From: Malacoraja senta
Lineage: Eukaryota
NCBI GenBank assembly: GCA_038087875.1
Contig: CM075996.1
Location: forward strand, 8,496,001 to 8,560,000
DNA: 64,000 bases
Direction of reading: 5' to 3'
The notes under the pieces were generated by a model. It was given only the letters and a program-made list of their open reading frames with translations, did not search any database and was not told the DNA's origin. Positions 1 to 11,306 of the stretch are shown here, in pieces; the first letter of the stretch is position 1; each line of letters begins with the position of its first letter. A program made the position numbers and the translations under genes.

Positions 1-446
1 TCCAAAGAAAAAGGGTGGGTGAGGTTTTGAGTCGGGACCCTTCAGAGATGAAAAAAAGAGCACCATATGGAGCCAGGTGGAGGCTGGAGGTGATGTGGAA
101 CCAGATAAGGGAGGGTGATGATCAGATGGATCTGGGAGGGGGAGGGATTAGCCTGGGGAGGGGAACCCCAGGCAGTTGGGTGTCTGGACGATAGGTGAAT
201 GGAACCAGCTGGGGTAGGGTGACAAATCTAGTTAATGGGACGGGGGAATGGAGCATGTGAACGAAGGGAGGAACTGGGGGGAGGGGAGTTAGCTAGAATT
301 GTAAAATTCAATGTTCATACCATTCTGTTGTCTACATCCTCATCATCACTCAGTTCCACCAGTCGTATCCCTCGCCACCTTCCTCACTCCCACCCCTCCC
401 CTCCTTCACTTCTGGCTCCCTGCCCCCTGCACAATCTCAACCCAAA

Positions 447-1055
447 CATAGAAAATAGGTGGAAGAGGAGGCCATTTGGCCCTTCGAGCCAGCACCGCCA
501 TTCACTGTGATCATGGCTGATCGTCCCCAATCAAATAACCCGTGCCTGCTTCTCCCCATATCCCTTGATTCCACTACCCCCTAGACCTCTATCTAACTCT
601 CTCTTAAATCCATCCAGTGATTTGGCCTCCACTGCCCTCTGTGGTAGGGAATTCCATAAATTCACAACTCTGAAAAAGTTTTTTCTCACCTCTTAAATGG
701 CCTCCCCTTTATTCTAAGACTGTGGCCCCTGGTTCTGGACTCGCCCAACATTGGGAACATTTTTCCTGCATCTAGCTTGTCCAGTCCTTTTATAATTTTA
801 TATGTTTCTATAAGATCCCCCATCCTTCTAAACTCCAGTGAATACAAGCCTAGTCTTTTCAATCTTTTATAGAAAATAGGTGCAGGAGTAGGCCATTCGG
901 CCCTTTAAGCCTCCTATGACAGCCCTGCCATCCCAGGGACCAATCTCGTGAACCTACGCTGCACTGCCTCAATCACAAGGATGTCCTTCCTCAAATTAGG
1001 AGACCAAAACTACGCAATACTCAGATGTGGTCTTACCAGAGTCCTATACTACTGC
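447..1055 (-). mobile_element. CR1-type LINE 3' fragment
   Basis: Same family as 2720-3016 and 47265-47705. Confidence 0.8.
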
Positions 1056-1469
1056 ATACAGAGCCCTATAAAACATCACCCATCCCTCTGCTTCCGCAGC
1101 TGCGGCTGACCTGCTGAGTTCCTACAGCAGTTTGTTTTTCGTTGAGAGATGAAGGCAACACAGAGCCGCTTTCTGCCCCTGTGAGGGTCTCGGGTTCTGC
1201 TGAAGTGTTTCACGGTTCTGGGACTGCGGGAAGACGTGACCATGCAGCATCACTCACTGATCTAGTCCAGTAGCAGATCAGGAAACTTGTGTGTAAATCT
1301 CAGGAGCTTGGGGTTAGTTGTCACGGGGGTGGCGTGGAGGGGGGTTGGGTAACGGTGTGGGTGGGGTAAAATGAGAGGAGGGTGTCCTTCCTGGCCTCAA
1401 GCCCATCACGATGCCCATCAGTGTTCTGTGGCCTGCCAGTGCTGCTGTGAGTCCACCCACATCCACCAT

Positions 1470-1890
1470 ACTACTGAGAAAACACACAAGGGCCTCTACT
1501 TCCTCAGTAGATGAAGGAAATTCAGCATGTCCCCAATAATACTTACGATTTCTACATAGAAAGCTTCCTATTTGGATGTAACAACTACTCGATAATAGTA
1601 ACTACTCTACTCATGACCACAGGAGAGAGTCGTGGACTCAGCCCGATCCATCACGCAAACCAGCCTCTTCCTCTCCTTCCCTACTGACTGCCTCCAGAAA
1701 GCAGCAAATGTAACAATAGCCACTTACACCCTGGTCATCCCCTGTTCTCTCCGCACCTGTTGGGCAGAAGATGCGAAAGCTTGAGAGGACGCCCCATCTG
1801 ATTCAGGAACAGCTTCTTCTCTGCTCTCAACAGACTCTTGAACAGACCTCTCCTGCTGGAGATGAATTCCCAATCTTCTAATCTACCTCA
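1470..1890 (+). mobile_element. Degenerate Rex1/Babar-like LINE 3' fragment
   Basis: ...ttcaggaacagcttcttc... end shared with other copies. Confidence 0.55.
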
Positions 1891-2719
1891 TGGATACAAA
1901 GTAACTGCAGGTGCTGGGTTACAAAATAAAGACACAACGTGCTAGAGTCAGCAGGTCAGGCAGCATCTCTGGATAACGTGGATAGGTGATGTTTTTGGTC
2001 GAGAGCCTTCAGACTCGCATCGCATTTTTTAAAGAAGGAACTGCAGATACTGGACAATCGAAGGTAGACAAAATGCTGGAGAAACTCAGCGGGTTCGCAT
2101 TTTTTTAATCAACTGCACTTTCTCTGGTTGTAATACTACATACTGTTCTTTATTTTCTCTTTTGTACATCCTTGTGTACTCATGTATTGAATGATCTTCC
2201 TGGTATGTATGCCAGTCATTCCACTGGCTGGGTACATGCGTCAACATATCTCCTCACCCGGTGTGTCTGCTGTGCTTGCAGTTTCACATTAGTCCAACAG
2301 AGGTCCTCAGTCGTCAATGACCCAATGATAATGGGAAATAAATGGTGGCAGCCGCAGATTGGGACTTTCATTTGTAAAAATTGGATTCTGCTCCGATATA
2401 TAATTGAAACTTGACAGGATATTAAAATTTACAACCCTTTCCAGATGTGACCTACCGGTAGAAGCAAATGTAATAATCTCAAACGTGTTGTTGATGTATT
2501 TCAAGAACATTTAAATGCATGTATTTCAAGAACATTTAAATGCACGCCGGCCAGCGATCACCCAGACACCAGCACTATCTTACACACTGAGGACAATTTG
2601 CAGAACCAATTAACCTGCAAGGGGGGGGGGGGGGGGTGTTGATAGGCGGATGGGGAGGACAAAGGCCAGAGAAGAACACGCACAAAATGTGAGACAAAAG
2701 GATTAGAGAGTTGTAGAAA

Positions 2720-3016
2720 CAGAAAATAGGTGCAGGTTAATTCGGCCCTTCGAGCCAGCACCGCCATTCATTGTGATCATGGCTGATCGTCCCCAATCAA
2801 TAACCCGTGCCTGCCTTCTCCCCATATCCCTTGATTCCACCGGCCCCTAGAGTTCTATCTAACTCTCTCTTAAATCCATCCAGTGATTTGGCCTCCACTG
2901 CCCTCTGTGGTAGGGAATTCCACAAATTCACAACTCTCTGGGTGAAAAAGATTTTTCTCACCTCAGTCTTAAATGGACTCTCCTTTATTCTAAGACTGTG
3001 GCCCCTGGTTCTGGAC
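2720..3016 (-). mobile_element. CR1 LINE 3' end
   Basis: Encodes SRTRGHSLRIK...FFTQRVVNLWNSLP...FKRELD. Confidence 0.85.
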
Positions 3017-4362
3017 GGTTGTGATTTGTGAAGTTGGTGGAGTGATGACCCTGATATGTCAGTCTGTTCGTTCAACACATCTGGAAATGACGGTCATTGG
3101 CTGAGTTGTACTCAGATCTTGATTCGGGTGGGTCCGGAACTTTGGAAGTGGACAAGGCTATGCTGGCTGGCAGCCTGTCAGAGTATGGGGAAGTGATGTA
3201 AGGAGGAAGGGACTGGAATATGGAGAAACAATGAAGTCAAGGTAATAAAAAATGATAACAGAAAATGCTGCTGTAAATACTCTGAATTTACCGCACAAAA
3301 ACAGGCCCTTCGACCTGCCAAATCCATGCTAGTTTACACAAATTCTGTCATCCCACTTCCTAAGTCTTCCAAGGAAATAGAGGCATCGGTGTGCTTTCAT
3401 GGCCTTTGCTTCGATATGGCTAGCCCAGGACAAGTTGCTGGTGATATTTACTCGTAGGATCATGAAGCTTTCAACCATCTCTATTTCGGCGCCGTCGTTA
3501 GGGACACGGAGAGGAAAGGTTTGGAGAGATTTTAGCCAAACGCGGGGAGGTGGGACTAGCGTAGATGAGCATGTATTACTCAAACACACGAAGTCAGAAA
3601 ACAAAAGAGAACTATACTGCCTGACGCACTAAGTTCCTCAGGCACGTTTGCTAAGGACAAAGGTATTTGTGAATCACATTCTTTTGTATTTGCAGCAGTG
3701 GAATACCGGGCAGATCGCTGCACTGCGGCATCCCACAAAGTAGGCAGGTCACCACTAGGGCGACCTTTACCGCTCAAAAATTCCTCTCGCACTATGCGGC
3801 GAGGACCCGGGCGTCACCCCGGACCGTTATTTTCCTTACTCATTAGTTTAAGGCATAAGGATCAAGCCTCGCAGCGGCAAAGAGGGCTCTGGCAGACCCG
3901 CTCTGGGTCAGGGTGGGACCATCATCAGCTCACTCAGAGTGTCACAATCTGCCGGGCAGCATTGATTTCCCACTCGGTGTTCGATAACTTTCCCCCAAAA
4001 CACCTGATATGATAAAGTTGAACATAAAAATACCTTATGTAAAATAATAATTCCCGGGGTATTATGGGAGCAACTGTGCAGCCGAGCGGCGATACCGGAG
4101 GGGTTTGTGGGATTTGTAGTTTAATGCTGGGCCTCCCAATCGATCAAGGCTTTGCATTTAGTGAATCTCCAATAAATTAGGCCATTCGGCCCCCGAGATT
4201 CTAGCTCCGATTCGCTGAGTTACATCCTAACATCATCCACATGTCTTATCTCCATATATCTTCACATTCAGCAACATAATAAAATGACATGTAATTATTA
4301 TCATTATTTGCATTACTCGCTGTTTGAATTTTGTGCATGTTTAATTTAGACATATGAGCTGG

Positions 4363-5530
4363 CAGAGCTGCTGGTCACAGTGTCCGACACCTGGGTTCGT
4401 GTCTGTCTTCAGGTGTTTTCTGTGTGGAGTTTGCATGTTGTCTCTGTGACCCCGTGGGTTTCCTCCAAGGTGCTCAGGTTTCCTCCCGCATCCCAAAGAC
4501 ATGCAGGTTTGTAGGTTGACAAAAATTCTGGAGAAACTCAGCGGGTGAGGCAGCATCTATGGAGCGAAGGAAATAGGCGGCGTTTCGGGTCGAGACCCTT
4601 CTTCAGACTGATGTGGGGGTGGGGGGGGGGGGGCGGGAAGAAGAAAGGAAGAGACGGAGACAGTGGGCTGTGGGACAGCTGGGAAGGGGAGGGGAAAGAA
4701 GGAGAAAGCAGGGACTACCGAAAATTGTAGAAGTCAATGTTCATACCGCTTGGGTGTAAACTACCCAAGTGAAATATGAGGTGCTGCTCCTCCACTTTAT
4801 GGTGGGCCTCACTCTGGCCATGGATGAGGCCCAGGACAGAAAGGTCGGATTCGGAATGGGAGAGGGAGTTGAAGTGCTGAGCCAACAGGAGATCAGGTTG
4901 GTTATTGCGAAGCGAGTGGGGCCGGTTCCTCACTCCCCACCATTGAGTCTGTCCAAAGCAAGCGTTGTCTGCGAAGGGCGCTCAGCATCGCCAAGGACTG
5001 CTCTCACCCCCAACCACAGACTGTTTACCCTCCTACCATCCGGGAGGCGCTACAGGTCTCTCCGTTGCCGACCAGCAGGTCCAGGAACAGCTTCTTCCCT
5101 GCGGCGGTTACACTACTCAACACTGTACCTCGGTGACTGCCAATCACACCCCCCCCCCCCCCCCCGGACACTCCTCCCACCAGGATTTATTAGATTTATT
5201 TATTTACTGCTCATATTTATGTCGCTCTTCTAGGGAGATGCTAACTGCATTTCGTTGTCTCTGTACTGTACACTGCACAATGACAATAAAGTTGAATCTG
5301 AATCTGAGGTGTTGGGTGAAGCGATCGCCAAGCTTACGCTTGGTCTCAACGATGTACAGCAGCTGATATCTAGAGCAGCGGATGCAATAGATGAGGCTGG
5401 AGGTGCAGGTGAACCTCTAACCTGTTTGTAGGTTAATTGGTCTCAGTAAATTGCCCCTAGTGTGAAGGTGAAAAAGTGGGATAACATAGAATGAGTGTGC
5501 ATGGGTGATCACTGGTCAGTGTGGGTTTGA
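4363..5530. mobile_element. Three-level nest: V-SINE (+) interrupted by a Penelope GIY-YIG fragment (-, ~4518-5423), itself interrupted by a Rex1/Babar 3' end (+, ~4930-5305)
   Basis: 11-bp duplication GTTTGTAGGTT at 4507 and 5424; peptides AQHFNSLSHS...EQHLIFHLGSLHPSGMN and LLPSGRRYRSLR. Confidence 0.8.
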
Positions 5531-5752
5531 GGTCCTGTCTATATTTAGTTCAGTGAGACGGCATGAAATGTTTTGATCCAGAGGAATTCCCTGTGTAAGA
5601 AATCAATGGAGGCTCACTCATGAAGTTTATATATTTTTGGATTATTGAGGGAATTGAGGTCTAAAGGATTAATGCTGGAAGGGCTGACCTACTTTTGTTT
5701 CATGCCCTTGAACTAAAGATCCTATAGCGGCCTTGAACATCGAGGGCGGCTT

Positions 5753-6134
5753 GGAGAAGTGCACGACAGCGCCACCCATCGGTTAGAAAACCGCATAGCT
5801 GTGCCAGCAGTCAGTCGGAAGAGTGCACTGTGGTGATCCCGCCGGTCGGAGGAGTGCACGGCAGCGCCACCAACCGCGCGGAGGACTGCACGGCAGCGCA
5901 CCAGCCGGGCGAAGGAGTGCACGGCAGCGCCTCCCGGCCGGGCGGAGGAGTGCATGGCAGCGCACCAGCCGGGCGGAGGAGTGCACGGCAGCGCCACCAG
6001 CTGCGCGGAGGACTGCACGGCAGCGCCACCAGCCGGGCGGAGGAGTGCACGGCAGCGCCACCAGCTGGGCGGAGGACTGCACGGCAGCGCCACCAGCCGG
6101 GCGGAGGACTGCACGGCAGCGCCTCCCGGCCGAC
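5753..6134. repeat. ~32-bp minisatellite GGAGGA(G/C)TGCACGGCAGCGCCACCAGCCGGGC: 9 good copies plus ~3 degenerate distal copies
   Basis: Units start at about 5848, 5880, 5911, 5944, 5975, 6007, 6039, 6071 and 6103. Confidence 0.92.
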
Positions 6135-6135
6135 A

Positions 6136-6178
6136 TGCGGCGCCGCTGTCCACCGTGCGCAGGCGCGGCGGAAGTGTC
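6136..6178 (+). promoter_or_regulatory. TOMM22 core promoter: NRF1-like TGCGCAGGCGCG and ETS/GABP GCGGAAGTG just 5' of the ATG
   Basis: Motifs visible at about 6156-6176; typical of nuclear-encoded mitochondrial genes. Confidence 0.65.
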
Positions 6179-6244
6179 ATGGCGGCGGACGCGAGCACAG
6201 AGCGGCTTCTCGAGGTCGAAGATGAGATCGAGGACGACGATAAT
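6179..6244 (+). CDS. TOMM22: TOMM22 coding exon 1 (MAADASTERLLEVEDEIEDDDN)
   Basis: gtcATGg Kozak context in a CpG island; acidic N-terminus typical of Tom22; donor GTAAGG at 6245, phase 0 into exon 2. Confidence 0.88.
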
Positions 6245-6529
6245 GTAAGGAGCCGGGAGGGTGGAGGAGGAGGAGGGTGGAGCGGGGTCTGGAAGGAGGC
6301 CGCAGCCCGGATCTAACCCGTGGGCTCTGCTCCCGCTCCCTCATTGACCCCCACGACGGGAGTGCTACCTCACTCCCCCACCCGTTTCTTCTCCCCCACC
6401 TCCCCCCTTGTTCCGTATCTCCCCCACTCCGTCCCATTTCTCCACCCCCCTTCCCTGCCCCGTCTCCCCCAACCCCGTTCCGTGATCTCAGAACCAGGAG
6501 AATGCAGAACTAGGAGCATAATATTATCG

Positions 6530-8212
6530 AGTCATAGAGTGATACAGCGTGGAAACAGCTCTTCGTCCCAACTTGCCCACATCGGCCAACATGATCCAGC
6601 AACATTAGTCCCACGTTTGGCCCGTATCCCTCCAAACCTGTCCTATCCATATCCCTCCAAACCTGTCCTATCCTGACTGTTTTTTTAAAGTCCCAGCCTC
6701 AACTACCTCCTCTGGCAGCTTGTTCCATACATCAACCACCCTTTGTGTGGAAAAGTTAACTCTCAGATTCCAATTAAATCTTTTCCCCTTCACTTTAAAC
6801 CTAGGTCCTTGATGCACCTACTCTGGCCAAGAGACTACCCGATCTATTCCTCTCATCTTATTTATAAACCTCTATAAGATCTCCCCTCATCCTCCTGTAC
6901 TCCAAGGAATATAGTCCCAGCCTACTCAACCTTCCTATAGCTCAGACCCTCTAGTCCTGGCAACATCCTAGTAAATCTTTGTTGTACCCTTTCCAGCTTG
7001 ACAATATATTTCCTATAACATGGTGCCCAGAACTGAACACAATACTCTAAATGCAGTCTCACAAACGTCCTTTTACAACTGCAACATGACCTCCCAACTT
7101 TTATACTCAATATGCAGACTGATGAAGGCCAATGTGCCAAAAGCCATTTTGACGACCTTTTCTACCTGCGACTCGACCTTCAAGGAACATACACCTGCAC
7201 TCCCTGCGGCTGTTACACTACTCAACACTGTACCTCGGTGACTGCCAATTACCCCCCCCCCCCCCCCGGACACTCCTCCCACCAGGATTTATTAGATTTA
7301 TTTATTGCTCATACTTATGTCGCTCTTCTAGGGAGATGCTAACTGCATTTCGTTGTCTCTGTACTGTACACTGCACAATGACAATAAAGCTTAATCTGAA
7401 TCGGAATCTGAGATCCCTCTGCTCTACAACACTCCCGAGAGGCCTACAATTCAATGTATAGGTCCTGCTCACGTTAGACTTCTCAAAATGCAATACCTCA
7501 CATTTCTGTATTAATTTCCCACAACCTTTCATCGGCCAGTCGATCAAGGTCCTGCTGCAGTTTTTCACAACCATCTTCACTATGTGCAAAACCACTCACT
7601 TTGGTATCATCAGTAAACTTGCTAATCTTGCCATGTATGTTCTCATCCAAATCATTGATGTAGATGACAAACAGTAACGGGCCCAGCACCAAACCCTGAC
7701 CACTAGTCACATTCCTCCAGTCTAAGAAGCAACCTTCCACCATCATCCTCTGCTTCCTTTCATGAAGCCAATTTTCTATCCATTCTATCTCTCCTTGGAC
7801 CTCTGCGATCTAACCTTCCAGAGCAGCCTACCATGTTAAATGCCTTACCGAAATCCATGTATACAACATCAACAGCTCTACCCTCATCGACCTTTTTGGT
7901 TAAGTCTTCAAAAAACTCAATCAGATTTTTGAAACGCAACCCCCCACTTACAAAACCATGCCGACTATCCTTAATAAGCCCTTGTCCATCCAAATGCCTG
8001 TACAACCCATCCCTCAGAATACTGTCTAGTAACTTTCCGACTACAGATGTTAAGCTCGCTGGCCTATAGTTCCCAGCATTTTCCCTGCAGCCCTTCTTGA
8101 ATAGAGGCACAATATTTGCCACCCTCCTGTCTTCCGGCACCTCTCCTATATTTAAAGACGACTCATAAATTTCAACCAGGGCTCCCGCAATTTCCTCTCT
8201 AGTTTCCCATAA
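6530..8212 (-). mobile_element. Decayed CR1 LINE reverse-transcriptase region with a nested Rex1/Babar tail (~7196-7410)
   Basis: Peptides [57 protein letters not shown]; frameshifted. Confidence 0.9.
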
Positions 8213-8626
8213 TGTTCTCTCACCAACCTACCAGAATTTGCCTGAGCCTGAGCACAACACACCAGTTTTTCATCTTGGCTTTATCAGAGATTTATCTCTG
8301 TTACAGTCTTAGCACGGCACTGCTGATAAAGAACTGGAAACCCGTGCCAGTGACAGGACTGGCTGGCGTACCAGCACTAGGAACATGGTTACCGAAGCCG
8401 ACTCATTAGTGTCAGAGACAGGAAGAAGGCTGCAGCCCTAAATCCTCCCACAGCGGCGTTCATGTGCCCCTACGGCTCCCGCGTGTGACTCGTGCATCGG
8501 ACTCGTGAACCACACTCGATCCCACAGGACATGGGACTGCACAACCATGCTATCGTCGTCTATCGTCGTCTATCACGGGCCACCACCACACGCGGATTAA
8601 CTCTGCCAATTTTCTTGTGATTGCAG

Positions 8627-8744
8627 CTCGACGAGTCCCTGGCAGAGAGACTGTGGGGCTTGACAGAGATGTTCCCGGAGGGAATGCGGAATGCCTCCGG
8701 GGTAGCCGCAAGCTGCTCGCTGACGATAGCCAAGAGCTTTACAG
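8627..8744 (+). CDS. TOMM22: TOMM22 exon 2 (LDESLAERLWGLTEMFPEGMRNASG...); 118 nt, 1 nt short of the phase exon 3 needs
   Basis: Matches Tom22 LDETLSERLWGLTEMFPE motif; acceptor ttgcag, donor GTGTGA. Confidence 0.93.
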
Positions 8745-9974
8745 GTGTGAAGCAGGCAGTGCAACGTGGTTCCTGGAGATGGCCACGGGAATGGCGGGGA
8801 CGTCAACCACCCTAGTGCTAACAGAGCCAGTAGCAGAGTGAAGGGTACAGGAGAGGGTGATGGAGTTGTGCAGCACAGAACACAGGCCCTTCGGCCCACC
8901 TTGTCCATGCCAACCATCGACCCATTTGGCGCACAGCCCGCTAAACACTAGTGGGATGTTTCCACAAGTGAGAGAGTGTAGGACCAGAGGGCACAGCCTT
9001 AGAATTAAAGGACGTACCTTTAGAAAGGAGGGGATGAGGAATTTCATTAGCCAGAGGGTGGTGAATCTGTGGAATTCATTGCCACAGATGATGGTGGAGG
9101 CCAAGTCTTTGGTTATTTTTAAAACTGAAATAATAGATTCTTGATTAGTACGGGTGTCAGGGGTTATGGGGAGAAGGCAGAGGAATGGGGTTGAGTGGGA
9201 AAGATGGATCAGCCGTGATTGAATGGCGGAGTAGACTTGATGGGCTGAATTCTGCTCCTATGACTTATGAGCATAAACGTATTAAGGTTGTGGCTTCCTT
9301 GAGAATTTGCTAGATTCAGACAAATTGTATTCTAAAAGCGGCAGCAAAGGAAAATATAACCATCTTTGGCTGGTAGACAAAAGTGCTGGAGAAACAGCGG
9401 ATGAGGCAGCATCTATGGAGCGAAGGAAATAGGCAACGCTTCGAGCCGAAACCCTACTTCAGACTTTGGCTGATAGGTTTTACATTGAGGAAAATATAAA
9501 GTGTTTTGATTAAAGGAAAAGGTGGAGGTGGGTCAGTCTGGGTAAAGTTTGTGGGTCACCACAGATCAGCTTTTAGTACGGATCAATCAAAGAAAATGGG
9601 CATGGATTTGTTTGGGGAAGGTCAAGTGATTAAAATGGTTGCATTTTTTGAGGTGATAACAAGGAGAGTCAATTAGAAAAACACACAGTGCAGAGCCCAG
9701 TAATAAACAATCCACGTGCTGAATGGCTCAGGGAAGGGGAACAGTTTGGGTGGCGGTGTTAAACGGGAGAGAGCAGATGGCAACTACCGGGCACGGTGGC
9801 GGGGAGAGGCGGTGTCTCTGCCTCTCCCCACAGAGGCTGTGTGGGGGATTTAATCATTCAATGATGTTTCATTGTCACATGTACCTGGATTCAGTGAAGT
9901 TCTTTGTTTTGCATGCAATCAGGTAAAATCATACTATAGATAAGTACAATCAGAGAAAAGTACAAAGAAAAGTG

Positions 9975-10525
9975 TGAAGGTAGACAAAAGTGCTGGAGAA
10001 ACTCAGCGGGTGCAGCAGCATCTACGGAGCGAAGGAAATTGGCAACTTTGCGGGCCGAAACCCTTCTTCAGACTGATGTCGGGTGGGGGGGGGGGGGGCA
10101 GGGAGAAGAAAGAAGAAAGGAAGAGGAGGAGCCCAAGGGCTGAGGGAGAGCTGAGAAGGGGAGGAGACAGCAAGGGCTACCGGAAATTGGAGAAGTCAAT
10201 GTTTATGCCGCTAGGGTGCAAGCTGCCCAAACGGAATTTGAGGTGCTGCTCCTCCAATTTCCGGTGGTCCTCACTCTGGCCATGGAGGAGGCCCTGGACA
10301 GAAAGGTCGGATTCGGAATGGGAGGGGGAGTTGAAGTGCTGAGCCACCGGGAGATCAGGTTGGTTATTGCGAACCGAGCGGAGGCATTGGGTGAAGCGAT
10401 CGCCAAGCCTACGCTTGGTCTCACCGATGTAGAGCAGCTGACATCTAGAGCAGCGGATGCAATAGATGAGGATGGAGGAGGTGTAGGTGAACCTCTGCTG
10501 CACCTGGAACGCTGCTTGGGTCCTT
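9975..10525 (-). mobile_element. Penelope/Poseidon retroelement 3' fragment (GIY-YIG endonuclease plus terminal repeat)
   Basis: LIYCIRCSRCQLLYIGETKRRLGDRF...HFNSPSHS...LGSLHPSGIN. Confidence 0.9.
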
Positions 10526-11188
10526 GAAAAGTGCGACGATTGTAGTGCAAAAGTAGTAGACTTCACCAGGCAGTGCACTAAGTGTCGCCACGTTTCTGGA
10601 ACCGACTTGTGCCCTTCAAGTTTCAAGGGGTTCTTAATAGTACAGAGTCTTATCTTGGCCTTAATTAGATTTGATTTGTATGGGTGCCAGAGGTTATGGG
10701 GAGAAGGCAGGAGAAGGGTGTTAGGAGGGAGAGATAGATCAGCCATGATTGAATGGCGGAGTAGATTTGATGGGCCGAATGGCTTATTTCTACTATTCCT
10801 TATGACCTTAAAGGCCCCTTGTCCTGGCTGCGTGCAGGGGGAATTTTGGGGTGGGGGGGAGAGAGACGCTGCATGCCGGGTGAAGTATGTGGGGAGAGGG
10901 TGAGGCAGTGGGTGCTGTGTGTGCATGGGGGGGCGGGGAGGGGTCCGCTATTTACCATGTGGTATATGGGGGAGACTGTCTATCAGATGCTGTGTGGGGT
11001 GCGGATGGAGACTGTTTGCCAGTGGTGTGTGGGGGAGACTGTCTCCAGATGCTGTACGGGGGTGGGCGGGTGCAGGTGGAGACGCTGTTTGCCGGTGGTG
11101 CATGCGAGAGACTGTCTGCCGGAAGCTGTGCGGGGCTAGAGACAGTGTCTACCAGGCCATGACACTGAGCTCGGGACCTGTGTTGCAG

Positions 11189-11306
11189 CTTCACTCGCTC
11201 GGCCCTGTGGGTGGGCACCACGTCCTTCATGATCCTGGTGCTGCCGGTGGTGTTTGAAACGGAGAAGCTGCAGCTGGAACAGCAACAGATCCAGCAACAG
11301 AGACAG
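11189..11306 (+). CDS. TOMM22: TOMM22 exon 3, transmembrane segment (FTRSALWVGTTSFMILVLPVVFETEKLQLEQQQIQQQRQ)
   Basis: Near-identical to vertebrate Tom22 TM region; acceptor ttgcag, donor GTCAGT. Confidence 0.96.

Noticed and set aside
2494..2545. 25-bp tandem duplication ATGTATTTCAAGAACATTTAAATGC
   Set aside because: Ordinary slippage duplication with no further structure
5722..6316. Overlapping 80-160 aa ORFs; CRISPR-like periodicity
   Set aside because: These translate the 32-bp minisatellite; there are no unique spacers and no cas genes, and the locus is eukaryotic
10526..10630. Peptide KCDDCSAKVVDFTRQCTKCRHVSGTDLCPSSF resembling a ZZ-type zinc finger
   Set aside because: The last Cys is missing, there are no convincing splice sites, and the ORF is a Penelope/unique/CR1 chimera; probably chance
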